Shown here one piece after another: positions 21,329-30,900 of a stretch of 64,000 nt of DNA. This stretch comes from Candidatus Bathyarchaeota archaeon. Lineage in GTDB: Archaea > Thermoproteota > Bathyarchaeia > Bathyarchaeales > Bathycorpusculaceae. The stretch is from assembly GCA_963760905.1 (NCBI GenBank), contig CAVXEQ010000005.1, positions 100,310-164,309 of the forward strand. The letters run 5' to 3'. The notes beneath the pieces were generated by a model, which was given only the letters and a program-made list of their open reading frames with translations, was not told the DNA's origin and did not search any database. The position numbers and the translations under genes are program-made. How positions within the stretch are numbered: position 1 is the first letter of the stretch; every line of letters starts with the position of its first letter.

Positions 21329-21736
21329 TTAAGTTTTTGGTGGCATGTCCGGCTGCAGAAGTCCAAAAGAGTTACCTTCTGGGTCCGCTGCTATTGCAAA
21401 CCATCCTATTGTGGGTATTTGTTTCTTTGGAATCAAGATCTTTCCGCCTTCTTTGGTAACCATATCTGTGTATTTGTCGATGTCTTCTACGCTGATGTAA
21501 TTGACTTGTGGAGCGCCTTGCATTCCTTGGGTACGCGGGTATAAGCCACCGTTTACGCCTGGTCGCTGAAGCATTCCTTTGTCGTCGGTAGGAACGGTAG
21601 CTATTATGTAGTATTCTACATCCGGCATGGGTGATTTCGTGATTTTCCATCCAAGGACACTCTCATAGAATTTTTGCAGTTTCTTAATATCATTTGCAGG
21701 AATTTCAAAATGAACAACTGTGTGATCCAATTTCAA
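21329..21736 (-). CDS. VOC/glyoxalase family protein
   Basis: HFEIPANDIKKLQKFYESVLGWKI...GWFAIAADPEGNSFGLLQ. TTG start with AGGAG upstream. Confidence 0.8.
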   Translation of the reverse strand: MKLDHTVVHFEIPANDIKKLQKFYESVLGWKITKSPMPDVEYYIIATVPTDDKGMLQRPGVNGGLYPRTQGMQGAPQVNYISVEDIDKYTDMVTKEGGKILIPKKQIPTIGWFAIAADPEGNSFGLLQPDMPPKT

Positions 21737-22120
21737 ACAGCTCCTTTGTTTAGGATTTCAAAGTCTGCTGTGAGTTAAAACTATGTGTTTGTTCTATGCC
21801 TACCACAAGTGGTTAAGCCCTTAAACATATAGAATTAAGAAAAGACATATGCATGTTAATAATTGGCTTGCGGGGGATATTAGTCTCAACTTGCGAGTGA
21901 AAAGATTTGATGGCTGAGGTTCTATGTTTTTGAAAAAAAGCGGCAAGGCAAAATACGGCTGGTTTCACTTTTTAGCACTGGTGTAAACTATGGAAATGTC
22001 CCTTAAACTAAAAGACGCTTTGTTTCAAGAATGAAACCTGAACTTAAAGGAAAGCGTCTTCTCTTTATTAATGCTAAAGTCGTTAAAACCTTAAATCTTA
22101 TATTGTGTCTTACATAACGT

Positions 22121-22345
22121 ATGACAATGAAGACTGTAAGCGTAAGAATATCCGAAGAAGAAAAGCATCAATTAAAGAAGTATGGCAAATTATCAGATGC
22201 ACTAAGGGAAGGCATGAAACTCTACCTAAACAAAAAGAAATCCGACGAGTTGCTATGCAAACTGGAAAAACTACAATTTGAAAGCCAAATAAAAACCTCA
22301 TTTGAGGAAGAAGTGAAACTGATTCGAGAGGATAGAGGACGTTGA
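22121..22345 (+). CDS. vapB: VapB-type antitoxin (RHH-like)
   Basis: 74 aa (TVSVRISEEEKHQLKKYGK). It overlaps the downstream PIN gene by 4 nt. Confidence 0.65.
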   Translation: MTMKTVSVRISEEEKHQLKKYGKLSDALREGMKLYLNKKKSDELLCKLEKLQFESQIKTSFEEEVKLIREDRGR

Positions 22346-22719
22346 TAGTTGCGGACAGCAGTTTCATAGTTGAAGGCCTCCTTAAGAATAAAGAATTACT
22401 TGCGAATGACCATATTGTGGCTCCTGAGTTAGTTGCCTACGAAGTTACAAACGCCATTTGGAAGCATGAAAATCTTTTGAAGGACTTAGAAAACGGCGAA
22501 CCATACGTATCGATTTTCTACGGCCTAGTAGAAGCTGGGAAAATAAAGATTCTAACTCCAAACGAAAAGTTGATGCAGGAATCATATTTGATTGCAAAAA
22601 GGCAAGGAATCACAATATACGACGCAGTTTTCGTTTCATTGGCGATTAAATTAGGATTGCCCTTAAAGAGTTACGACAGAACTCAAATTCAAGCTCTGGA
22701 ATCAGAGAAAAGCCACTGA
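22342..22719 (+). CDS. vapC: PIN-domain toxin VapC
   Basis: IVADSSFIVEGLL... with an acidic-residue pattern typical of PIN domains. TTG start inside GTTGA, overlapping the vapB stop. Confidence 0.8.
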   Translation: MIVADSSFIVEGLLKNKELLANDHIVAPELVAYEVTNAIWKHENLLKDLENGEPYVSIFYGLVEAGKIKILTPNEKLMQESYLIAKRQGITIYDAVFVSLAIKLGLPLKSYDRTQIQALESEKSH

Positions 22720-22982
22720 AAACTCAGTGTCAAGGCGCGCTAAATGTAAGGTATGTAAAAAGCCTCAGAATCATAAAACTGAATAGCTATCGGTATTCAG
22801 AATATGAATTCGTTTTAACCGAAGAAAAACTACCATCGCCGTATCGAAAGAAAGACTGAGTAAAGAGAGCGTGCACCATTCTGTTTAGGGAGCGAACGAG
22901 CCCCTTAACTTTTGAACAAAAATAAACCAAAATTGTTGTTATTCAGTCAAATTGACCTCAACATGCTACTAATTGCTGAAAT

Positions 22983-23009
22983 GGCGCGGGAGGTAGGTTT
23001 AAACCCACG
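22983..23009 (-). repeat. tRNA-Ser 3'-end-like copy, class I, copy 2 (with TGG = encoded CCA)
   Basis: ggcgcgggaggtaggtttaaacccacg matches 22 of 27 positions of the tRNA plus-strand sequence. Its flanks are homologous to those of the copy at 12871. Confidence 0.55.
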
Positions 23010-23245
23010 TTTAAATTTCACGCGACACAGTCTATGTAAAAACTAAAACAAATCCCTGTGTACGATTATATAAGCGTCAAATCCCTCAACTAATGAGGAA
23101 GGTCTACCCCATTTTGCGTTGGGTTCGGAAACAAAAAGCACTAAATCAAGAAAGGTTAGGGTCCGATGGGAACGTTGCTGTACAGACATCTTTTGTGATT
23201 TTTCCATCCTTTTTCACCTGTTGGGTTAGCGGTCAATTTATTGTG

Positions 23246-24064
23246 TTAAGTGAGGTCTCTTCTTTTAAAAATCAGGTAGCCAATTAGTAAGCTCACCACT
23301 AAGTATCCGACCATAATAGCAATGCTTTCAGGTATGGTTGCAAAGTATGTAGTTTCAGGTCCGCTTATAATAACATGTGGCGGATAAGGAACGGAGAAAA
23401 CATTTACAATGGATTGTCCTGCATAGCTTAAGATATACCATGTTTCTCCAGCCTGAAGCCGCTCTAATAATCGTTCTAGCAATGAGAAGCCAAAAAGTAG
23501 GGTAACGGCGCTGAAAAGTACAGAGATAGCGGCGTTTTTGAACAATGTGCTTAAAAGAAACGCAACTCCCAGAGAAGCAGTCATCATTAAAACTGTTAAG
23601 GCGAAGGATTCCCAAAACTGAATAGGCACCAAAAAGCCGAAGTAGTATAGACCATTTCCTAAAGTAATGAACTCAAAAATAGATAGCATACATAATGAAG
23701 CGACAAAGGCTGCAACTACTTTACCAATATACATTGACGACCTGAGAATTGGGTTGCCGATCATTGAATAAGCTGTTTTATTCTGAAATTCGCTTGAAAT
23801 AGCATCGCTCCCGAAGAAGACTGCCGGAAGAACAATGATGTAGGCAATTGTAAAGCCCAGCCAACCTCCGTAGAATGTTATAGGGCTGGATAACATCGAA
23901 GCTGGGTGAATATAAGCAATGAATGCCGTTGAGCCAATTCCAGCCGCCAATATAACAGCCACAAGTAGTAAAAAGCGTCTTGATCGAATATAATTTAACA
24001 ATTCATATCTTGCGATTATAACTATATGCGAAATGTTGCTCGGGGTGATAACTTTCGTGGTCAT
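23246..24064 (-). CDS. ABC-2 type transporter permease
   Basis: 272 aa with six predicted TM segments, immediately downstream of the ATPase gene. Confidence 0.8.
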   Translation of the reverse strand: MTTKVITPSNISHIVIIARYELLNYIRSRRFLLLVAVILAAGIGSTAFIAYIHPASMLSSPITFYGGWLGFTIAYIIVLPAVFFGSDAISSEFQNKTAYSMIGNPILRSSMYIGKVVAAFVASLCMLSIFEFITLGNGLYYFGFLVPIQFWESFALTVLMMTASLGVAFLLSTLFKNAAISVLFSAVTLLFGFSLLERLLERLQAGETWYILSYAGQSIVNVFSVPYPPHVIISGPETTYFATIPESIAIMVGYLVVSLLIGYLIFKRRDLT

Positions 24065-24997
24065 TTATTGAACCTCCTTGATTAAATTAAGATAGGTTTC
24101 TTCAAGCGCCATACTAGAATCCTTGAATGCAATAAGACCTGTATCCAGCGAAACAAGCAGCTTTACGATTTTTTCCTGAACCTCAAATCCACCAGAAAAA
24201 TGAAGTCTAAGGCTTCTAGAGTTAACCTTTTCAATTGAGCTTACCAAACCGGATAATTTTGGCTCCACATCAATGTAGTTTAGTGGTCGTGAGAACATAA
24301 GGTCAAAAATTGTATCTCCACCTATTGCCGCATTTAACTGCTCCATTGTTTCATAAACGAGAAGTTTTCCCTTGTTTACGATTGCGACTTCGTCGCATAA
24401 ATTTGAAACCTCTCCTAAAAGATGGGAACTCATGAAAATCAATCGGTCTTGTTTTAGGTCATTAAGAATGGTTCTAAATTCAGCCATTCCTCGTGGATCC
24501 AGACCGTTTGTAGGTTCATCAAGTAACAGTACATCTGGGTGGCCTATTATTGCTGCTGCAAGATTAATTCGTTGTTTCATGCCTCTAGAGAAAGTGCCAA
24601 CTTTGCTGTCTATCCATTCATTCATCTTAACAGAGGTAATTACCTTTTCAATTTGTTTTTGACGCTCTGAGGGCGGAACGCCTTTGATTTCTGCAAATAG
24701 AGACAGAGCCTCTCGAGATGTTAGAGCAGGGTAGATCTCTGGGCTCTCAATAAGTACGCCACAAGATGCCAATGCGTTTCTTTTATCCTTAGCAACATCC
24801 ACTCCATTGATCAGTGCCTTTCCTTGAAAACTTCTTATCATATCACAAAGGATTTTGAGCGTAGTCGTTTTTCCAGCACCGTTGGGTCCAAGAAAGCCGA
24901 CACATTTGGCACCCTCAATTTTAAGGTTCAAGTTTAACAGTGCTGTGAAGGAGCCGTATTTTTTTGAGAGGTTAATCGTTTCTATGGATGGCATCAT
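24065..24997 (-). CDS. ABC transporter ATP-binding protein
   Basis: Walker A GPNGAGKTT, signature-like FSRGMKQR and Walker B LLLDEPTNGLD. Confidence 0.95.
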   Translation of the reverse strand: MMPSIETINLSKKYGSFTALLNLNLKIEGAKCVGFLGPNGAGKTTTLKILCDMIRSFQGKALINGVDVAKDKRNALASCGVLIESPEIYPALTSREALSLFAEIKGVPPSERQKQIEKVITSVKMNEWIDSKVGTFSRGMKQRINLAAAIIGHPDVLLLDEPTNGLDPRGMAEFRTILNDLKQDRLIFMSSHLLGEVSNLCDEVAIVNKGKLLVYETMEQLNAAIGGDTIFDLMFSRPLNYIDVEPKLSGLVSSIEKVNSRSLRLHFSGGFEVQEKIVKLLVSLDTGLIAFKDSSMALEETYLNLIKEVQ

Positions 24998-25057
24998 GAT
25001 CAGCAGTATGATTAGTGTGAAAACTTAAAAGGTGAACTCATTCGGAGGGAGTGAACT

Positions 25058-25354
25058 TTATGTTCTTAGACGGAGCCTTGGAAACTTGAGTTGCCCTACA
25101 TATTTCATTATCCACTTTACGAGGTCATCGTATGCCTCGGAGCCTTCCTTAGTTAAAACAACCAAGCCATCATTGTCAATCATTATAAAGCCTTTCTCAG
25201 ACATCCAACTCAAGTATTTGACAAGTTTGTCATATGCCAAACCGGTAGAGGTGGCAAGCGCAGTTTTATTCATCTTGTTTTTCTCTTTTAGCGCCTTTAT
25301 GATGCGGGCGATGACATAGAGGTCTGGTTTAGAGCTGGGCGCTTCTGAGTTCAA
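25058..25354 (-). CDS. Winged-helix DNA-binding protein
   Basis: ARIIKALKEKNKMNKTALATSTGLAYDKLVKYLSWMSEKGFI is a wHTH pattern. The gene lies upstream of the ABC genes. Confidence 0.6.
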   Translation of the reverse strand: MNSEAPSSKPDLYVIARIIKALKEKNKMNKTALATSTGLAYDKLVKYLSWMSEKGFIMIDNDGLVVLTKEGSEAYDDLVKWIMKYVGQLKFPRLRLRT

Positions 25355-26006
25355 GGCTAAACCACCTTAGCTCTAAAAGGAGCATATCTAAATCATGAAT
25401 CTCTTTATAGCGTCTCAACAGGTCTCTACCTAAGACCAGAATGACTATAATTAGTGAAAACGCTATCCATATCAGACTGTCAAGTAATACTGTCCTATGC
25501 AAGAAATAAAGCGTTAAAATGTTAACTACAAGCTGTATACTGGAAAATGTAATCAGCCAGTACGCGGCTGTTTTAAGTAGTCCGTAAATCGCGTAACTTA
25601 GTTTTCCCTTAAAGATTTCATCAAGAATTTTGTCCCAATCGAGTTCGATCACCACTTCTAAGGCCCCAGGAAACCCTTGTGAAAGTTTCTCTTTCCACTC
25701 ACCGGTCCTGACCTTGTTTACTTGCTTTTTTACATAAATTACTCCTGATGCTAAACCGATTAGAGGAATTAGAAGTAACGAGAAACGGAAGATGGTGCTT
25801 AGAGGCCATATTGTGGAATAGTCAAATCCAGTTACATCCAGTAAAGCGTTTAAAGTGAGGTAGACGGCAATTGAACCGATTATTATTAGCGCGAACTTTT
25901 TTAGCGAGCGGGCAAGCGCATTGTATCTTTTAAGGTGATCTAGTGTTTCCATCAACTCTGAAACTTTAGTGATAACGTTGTTTTCATTTAATGCTGAATC
26001 TTTCAT
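25329..26006 (-). CDS. Hypothetical polytopic membrane protein
   Basis: 225 aa with several hydrophobic helices. Its 3' end overlaps the wHTH gene start by 26 nt. Confidence 0.55.
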   Translation of the reverse strand: MKDSALNENNVITKVSELMETLDHLKRYNALARSLKKFALIIIGSIAVYLTLNALLDVTGFDYSTIWPLSTIFRFSLLLIPLIGLASGVIYVKKQVNKVRTGEWKEKLSQGFPGALEVVIELDWDKILDEIFKGKLSYAIYGLLKTAAYWLITFSSIQLVVNILTLYFLHRTVLLDSLIWIAFSLIIVILVLGRDLLRRYKEIHDLDMLLLELRWFSLELRSAQL

Positions 26007-26291
26007 GGCTTGGCTCTTAACTAAATCGTTTAATGAAGCTAGTCAAACAATGCTCAGACTCTAAGGCAAATATAAAGCAAACTCCCCCCGGATGAGTCTT
26101 TTCAAAGGTCTCAGAAAGTACTCCAAGAACTGTTTATTTAAAAATCGGCTTTTAGAGCATTAAACGTTAAATTTAAACTCCGAATCGAAACAAGACGCCG
26201 GGCGGTAAAAGTTAAAACAGAAAAAAGCAAGTAAATTGCACAAAAGAGGCAGAGACCAATCAAGAAACAGGCAAAAATTAAGTAAGAAAAG

Positions 26292-26404
26292 CGCCGGGAG
26301 GGGGATTTGAACCCCCGAGGCCCGAAGACCACAAGCTATTCGGTGCTAGCTGGATAGCTGAGTCATTTCCAGACTTGCTCCCTGCCTGGCTAGGAGACCC
26401 CGGC
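26292..26404 (-). tRNA. tRNA-Ser (anticodon GGA) with a 29-nt intron after position 37
   Basis: Folded by hand. Acceptor stem GCCGGGG/TCCCGGC with discriminator G. D-arm TCCT-AGCCAGGCA-GGGA. Anticodon stem CAAGT/GCTTG with loop CTGGAA|A. Long variable arm TGGTCTTCGGGCCTC. T-arm GGGGG-TTCAAAT-CCCCC. The intron spans 26338-26366 and contains CCAG, which is complementary to the anticodon-loop CTGG. No CCA is encoded. Confidence 0.88.
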
Positions 26405-26534
26405 ACGTTTTTCTGTTAATCCATGGTTAAGCGGTTTTATTATAGTTTCGTAAGGCAACTTAAACCTTTACGGAAACCTGGCGGGACGGCTTTATAAACA
26501 GGAAAAACTAAATTGATAATTTGAACTAATTGGC

Positions 26535-26900
26535 TTGAGAGTAGCACTCAGATTGGATAGAGACAAAAAAGTAGATGCTTACATTAGCAAGCAAAAATCG
26601 CCCCAAAAAGAAGCCTGCCAGAAACTAAGAGAAATCATTCACAAAACGCTTCCGGAAATTAAAGAAGAAATGAAATGGGGTGTTCCCACATTTGGTGGGG
26701 GCAGATTTTACCTAGTTGCCTTAAAAGACCACGTCAACTTAGGGTTCTCATTAAATGGCCTTTCAGATGATGAAAAGGAGCTTTTACTTGGAAGCGGCAA
26801 AACCACGAAGCACCTCGAAATCAGCGACAGCATTGATATTGACGAAAAGAAAATAATTCACTTACTGAAGCTGGTTTACAATAAAAGTGATGCTTTCTGA
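26535..26900 (+). CDS. DUF1801 (YdhG-like) domain protein
   Basis: VDAYISKQKSPQKEACQKLREIIHKTLPEIKEEMKWGVPTF... The start is uncertain: TTG at 26535 or TTG at 26553. Confidence 0.7.
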   Translation: MRVALRLDRDKKVDAYISKQKSPQKEACQKLREIIHKTLPEIKEEMKWGVPTFGGGRFYLVALKDHVNLGFSLNGLSDDEKELLLGSGKTTKHLEISDSIDIDEKKIIHLLKLVYNKSDAF

Positions 26901-26989
26901 CCGATTTAAGCGCGAAAGTTCAATTTTCTCTAAGACTTATATTTTTACCGACAGTAAGTTAACTAACATAACTATTGGAATTGTTGCCT

Positions 26990-27739
26990 ATGAAAAAAAT
27001 AAGTCATCCGTGGCTTGATGAACTCAGCACAATAGAAGCAAAACAAGCAGCCGCTAATGGAACAGTTGTGATTTTTCCCATTGGAAGCGTCGAGGAACAC
27101 GGCGTGCACCTACCGCTTTGCACTGACAGCATTCAATCAGAATACATCGCCGTTGAGGTTGCCAAGAAAACGGGTTGCGTTGTGGCTCCCGCGTTTAGGC
27201 ATGGCATCTGCAATGCCGGTCACAATTTTCCAGGAACAATTTCCATCGAGTTTGAAACTCTCTACATGGTTGCTAGAGACGTGTTATCTGAATTGACACG
27301 TAACGGCTTCAATCGGATCATCGTGTTGACGGGTCACGCTGGTTCCTCACACATGACTGCACTGAAACTTGCGGCTCAAGAAGTTGTGCGAAGAAAACAG
27401 AATTTGAACGTTAAGAAAAAAACACGCATTATGGTTTTATCCGATTACGATTTCGCGGAGGAGCTTAGAGAGAGGATGGGCTTTCCTAAGGAAGATGGTC
27501 ATGCTGGCGCCATCGAAACCAGCCGCATAATGGCGATAAAACCGGATCTAATAAAAGGGAAAGGAGAGGCGAGTTTTCCGCAGATGCCACGATTCGAAGT
27601 CGTTGCTGACCCGGAACGGTATTTCCCTAACGGGGTTATGGGCGACCCAACTGTTGCGTCGGCGGACAAAGGCGAGATCATGAACGAGTACATAGTTGAA
27701 AAAGTTGCGAAACTCGTAGAAGAGCTGAAAAAGAACTAA
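26990..27739 (+). CDS. Creatininase-family amidohydrolase
   Basis: GSVEEHGVHLPLCTD, TGHAGS and HAGAIETS motifs. The ATG at 26990 is preferred over the TTG at 26975. Confidence 0.8.
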   Translation: MKKISHPWLDELSTIEAKQAAANGTVVIFPIGSVEEHGVHLPLCTDSIQSEYIAVEVAKKTGCVVAPAFRHGICNAGHNFPGTISIEFETLYMVARDVLSELTRNGFNRIIVLTGHAGSSHMTALKLAAQEVVRRKQNLNVKKKTRIMVLSDYDFAEELRERMGFPKEDGHAGAIETSRIMAIKPDLIKGKGEASFPQMPRFEVVADPERYFPNGVMGDPTVASADKGEIMNEYIVEKVAKLVEELKKN

Positions 27740-27751
27740 GCTTTTCTTTGG

Positions 27752-28369
27752 CTACTGTTTTTCTGCCATCAGCACGCGGTAGCCACTTTCTATCGCTAGA
27801 ACCTTAAAATTGCCAAATGCTTCTGTGAAGGTTTCTGGCAGGGTTTTTTTCCCGATTTTTGAGCGAACTACCATCTGGAAGATAGCTTTTTTCGCCATGA
27901 TTACTGGTGCTTCGCGGATGATTGCTTGGACCGTCTCCATTCCCGCGCTTACAGGCGGGTTTGATAGAATACTGTTGAAGCAGAAATCAAGCACTGGCGT
28001 GTATAGGTTGCCCTGTTTGACCTCGACATTAAGTGCACGATTTTTTTCTGCATTTTGTCTTGCTAAAAGAACTGCGCGCCTGTTAACGTCTGTCAGGATT
28101 ACGCGTAATTTGGGGTTAAATTTAGCGGCTGCTATGCCTACGGCGCCGTATCCGCAACCCACATCTAGTAAGCAGCCTTTTTCGGGCAGAATCATGTTTT
28201 CGATCAGAACGCGTGTTCCGAGGTCTACGCGTTTGACGCTAAATACGCTTGAAGCTGTTAAGAACTCGAAGAGTTTTCCGCGTAGACAGGTGCGTACTAA
28301 GCCGAATCGTGCCTGGCTTTTCGGAGTTTCGGCATAATAATGTTCGGGGCGGTCAAGGTTTTTGGGCAT
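27752..28369 (-). CDS. Class I SAM-dependent methyltransferase (small-domain, RsmC/MJ0882-like)
   Basis: Motif I LLDVGCGYGAVG and motif IV ILSNPPV. Confidence 0.8.
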   Translation of the reverse strand: MPKNLDRPEHYYAETPKSQARFGLVRTCLRGKLFEFLTASSVFSVKRVDLGTRVLIENMILPEKGCLLDVGCGYGAVGIAAAKFNPKLRVILTDVNRRAVLLARQNAEKNRALNVEVKQGNLYTPVLDFCFNSILSNPPVSAGMETVQAIIREAPVIMAKKAIFQMVVRSKIGKKTLPETFTEAFGNFKVLAIESGYRVLMAEKQ

Positions 28370-29381
28370 CTTTTTTGCCGCTGCCTGTTTTCCACGTTTT
28401 TGGATATGTACCTCTTTCCATTAGGACCCGTTCTAATTTGGCTACTGTTCCGTGGTTATTGTTCAGGATTTCCTGTGTGCTCATCTCTGCCTTCGCCAGC
28501 GCGATCGCTTCGCCTTTGAGAGTGAGGATGGCAACTATGGCGGTTTTGCCGATGTCGCTTTCAACTGACAAAACACCTGGAGCGGTGAGGTTTGCTCCGT
28601 GGCAAAGGGCGTCAACCGCTGAGTCGCGAACAACAATCTTGGGAATCAGATCAAGCGCGGTTTCCATGGGCTGAATAATCTTCTGTAGAATTTGGGGGTT
28701 TTTCTTTTCTTGCCATTCTCCAAAGTAGAAAGCAACATCATGAAGCGTTACGCAGGTTTTGCTTGTTTCACTGAAGGGTCCCGCGCGAGATCTACGCAGT
28801 TCCTGCATGTGGGCGCCGACACCTAGGATTTCCCCTATGTCGTAGCAGAGTTTACGAATATAGGTGCCGCCTTCGCAGCCGACGCGGAAAAGCACGTTTC
28901 GCCCATTCATTTCGATGAATTCATTATAGTAGATGCGTCTAGTGCGAATCTGACGTTTGACTGAGGAGCGTAGAGGTGGACGCTGGTAAATTTCGTCTTC
29001 GAATTCAGATAGCACTTTGCGGACGCGGCTTTCTTGGGCGTCGCCGTGGAGTTTCATAACGCAGATGTATTCTTTGCCGCTGTACAAGAGCGCTTGAACG
29101 ATCTTTGTGGAATCTTCCAGTGTAATTGGCAAAACGCCTGTTACTTTGGGGTCTAGGGTTCCGCCATGACCGATAACGTTTAGTTTGAGGATTTTTTTTG
29201 TCCATGCCGCGACTTCGTGGCTTGTTGGTCCCGCGGGTTTGTCCAGGTTAATCACGCCGTAGCGAATGTACTGTTCGCCTGGTCTTTCGAGGGGTTTGAA
29301 CCCATATTTGGAGTCTGTCTTGTCCTCATTCTTAATGAGGACTTCTCGTTTAGTTTCCCATGGCGGGGAGGTCCTAGGCAT
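28353..29381 (-). CDS. cbf5: H/ACA RNP pseudouridine synthase Cbf5 (TruB family with PUA domain)
   Basis: GHGGTLDPKVTGVLPI catalytic motif and a C-terminal PUA-like region. It sits in the conserved archaeal position next to rpl14e. Confidence 0.95.
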   Translation of the reverse strand: MPRTSPPWETKREVLIKNEDKTDSKYGFKPLERPGEQYIRYGVINLDKPAGPTSHEVAAWTKKILKLNVIGHGGTLDPKVTGVLPITLEDSTKIVQALLYSGKEYICVMKLHGDAQESRVRKVLSEFEDEIYQRPPLRSSVKRQIRTRRIYYNEFIEMNGRNVLFRVGCEGGTYIRKLCYDIGEILGVGAHMQELRRSRAGPFSETSKTCVTLHDVAFYFGEWQEKKNPQILQKIIQPMETALDLIPKIVVRDSAVDALCHGANLTAPGVLSVESDIGKTAIVAILTLKGEAIALAKAEMSTQEILNNNHGTVAKLERVLMERGTYPKTWKTGSGKKDAQKP

Positions 29382-29439
29382 AAATAACTTGTTCTCCTTG
29401 AACGTAGAAAAAGATGACGGGGAAGTATAAGAGTCTACT

Positions 29440-29724
29440 TTACTGCGCAGCTGATTTTGCTGGCTGTTTCATCTCTTCGAGTTTTCCTGCCGCCGTCAAC
29501 GTTGAGGTGACTTCCTCATCTGATGCTCCCTTTTTGAGGTCAAGTTTGTCTTGAAGGGGCATGATGTGGCTCAAGTTGACTCTTTTCCGTTTTACCCCAG
29601 TGACTGCTTTGGGTCCGGTTATGAGGGCGAAGCTTTTATCCATGACATCCACTATGACGCATTTCTTGCCAGTTTCGCGTCCAGCTGTTTTCATGCATAT
29701 TCTGCCGACTTCTACTGCGGGCAT
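29440..29724 (-). CDS. rpl14e: 50S ribosomal protein L14e
   Basis: MPAVEVGRICMKTAGRETGKKCVIVDVMDKSFALITGP... has a KOW-like L14e pattern. The start is taken at the internal ATG at 29724. Confidence 0.85.
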   Translation of the reverse strand: MPAVEVGRICMKTAGRETGKKCVIVDVMDKSFALITGPKAVTGVKRKRVNLSHIMPLQDKLDLKKGASDEEVTSTLTAAGKLEEMKQPAKSAAQ

Positions 29725-29916
29725 CCCATTCAAACTCCTATGTAAAATCTGTACAATACAGAATCCCAAGCAATATTTAAGCATGACACAACTGTAGGAA
29801 AGACAGCAGTCTTAAAAGATAAATCAAACACCTAAAGGATGATGACTATTTTGTTAGCAAAACTTAATTACGGAAAAAACGAAGTGTTTCAGCCATAAAC
29901 TTGAGCGAAACTTCAA

Positions 29917-30171
29917 ATGGGAAGGAAAATAGCAAACATGAAATCCGCCAGCAACCCAAACAAACCTAAGAAAACGCATCGGGTCAAGTTTTGCCCAAAA
30001 TGCGGCTCAACCGAAGTTTTCTGGGCGCAAGGCTTACCGCAACTCTGGTCGCTGTGGCAATGCAGCAACTGCGGTTACCGTGGTCCAGTAATTCTTGAAG
30101 ATGGCAAAACAGCTGAAAAGATTCAGGAAAAATGGAAAAAGCAGAACCAACCCACAAAACCTAAAAAATAG
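29917..30171 (+). CDS. Small zinc-ribbon protein
   Basis: CPKCGS...CSNCGY, with basic tails. Confidence 0.5.
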   Translation: MGRKIANMKSASNPNKPKKTHRVKFCPKCGSTEVFWAQGLPQLWSLWQCSNCGYRGPVILEDGKTAEKIQEKWKKQNQPTKPKK

Positions 30172-30199
30172 GGTTTGGGTGGCCGCTTTTCTGCCGATT

Positions 30200-30709
30200 T
30201 TATTTGCTTGTTTTAGCGAGGTACTTGAGGTGGAACGGTTTAATGAGTACTCCAGGTTTCAGATCTGCCTGGAAACTTTGCGTCTCAATAATTACATCCG
30301 AAAGCTCGGACCCTTGAGTTCTTAGGAACTCAGCAAAACCGGTATAGTTTTCGTGTAAAGATACGCAGACTGCATCCCAGCCCATTCCCTGACCATCCAA
30401 AACTGCAACAACGTTGGGTTGTTTTAAATACCATTCTTTTAGCTTGTTGAAAGCTGCTTCTTTGTCTGCACCTTTCTTGTGGTTAAGGTTTGTCTTCATG
30501 AAGGTGAAAGCTGCAATTTCGAAACCGATTTGTCCAAATTTCGGAATGACGGTGTACCCTTCGATTGTGTTGTCTTCAAGCATGGCTCTTCGTCGCGTAA
30601 CAGTCGGCTGAGAAATGCCTAAAGCCTTCGCAAGTTGCCTGTCGCTTCGATGAGAATCCTTCATGAGCTCAAAGAGAAGTTGATAATCTAATGGTTTCAG
30701 TTCTTTCAT
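30200..30709 (-). CDS. Lrp/AsnC-family transcriptional regulator
   Basis: MKELKPLDYQLLFELMKDSHRSDRQLAKALGISQPTVTRRRAMLE. The start is taken at 30709. Confidence 0.8.
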   Translation of the reverse strand: MKELKPLDYQLLFELMKDSHRSDRQLAKALGISQPTVTRRRAMLEDNTIEGYTVIPKFGQIGFEIAAFTFMKTNLNHKKGADKEAAFNKLKEWYLKQPNVVAVLDGQGMGWDAVCVSLHENYTGFAEFLRTQGSELSDVIIETQSFQADLKPGVLIKPFHLKYLAKTSK

Positions 30710-30900
30710 TTTGGTTCGCCTGATTCTAATTTTGTTCCGTTTCATATGCATTTTCACGTTCATATATAAACTTGGTTGTTAGAGTAAATTAATTTACTCC
30801 CTAATTTCACCTAAATCCCAAAAATCTACCAAGTTTTTGGAGAAAGAAAGTCTTAAGAGAACAACAAACCTTTCTACACGCGAATAATGGAGACAAAAAA

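Noticed and set aside
21372-21650. 92-aa Arg-rich ORF
   Set aside because: It is an alternative frame inside the VOC-family gene 21329..21736.
26138-26332. 64-aa ORF on the minus strand
   Set aside because: It overlaps the 3' half of tRNA-Ser(GGA) and low-complexity flanking sequence, and is spurious.
29830-29900. GATGATGA box upstream of the zinc-ribbon gene, considered as a C/D box sRNA
   Set aside because: No CTGA D or D' boxes occur at the required spacing, and no terminal stem is present.
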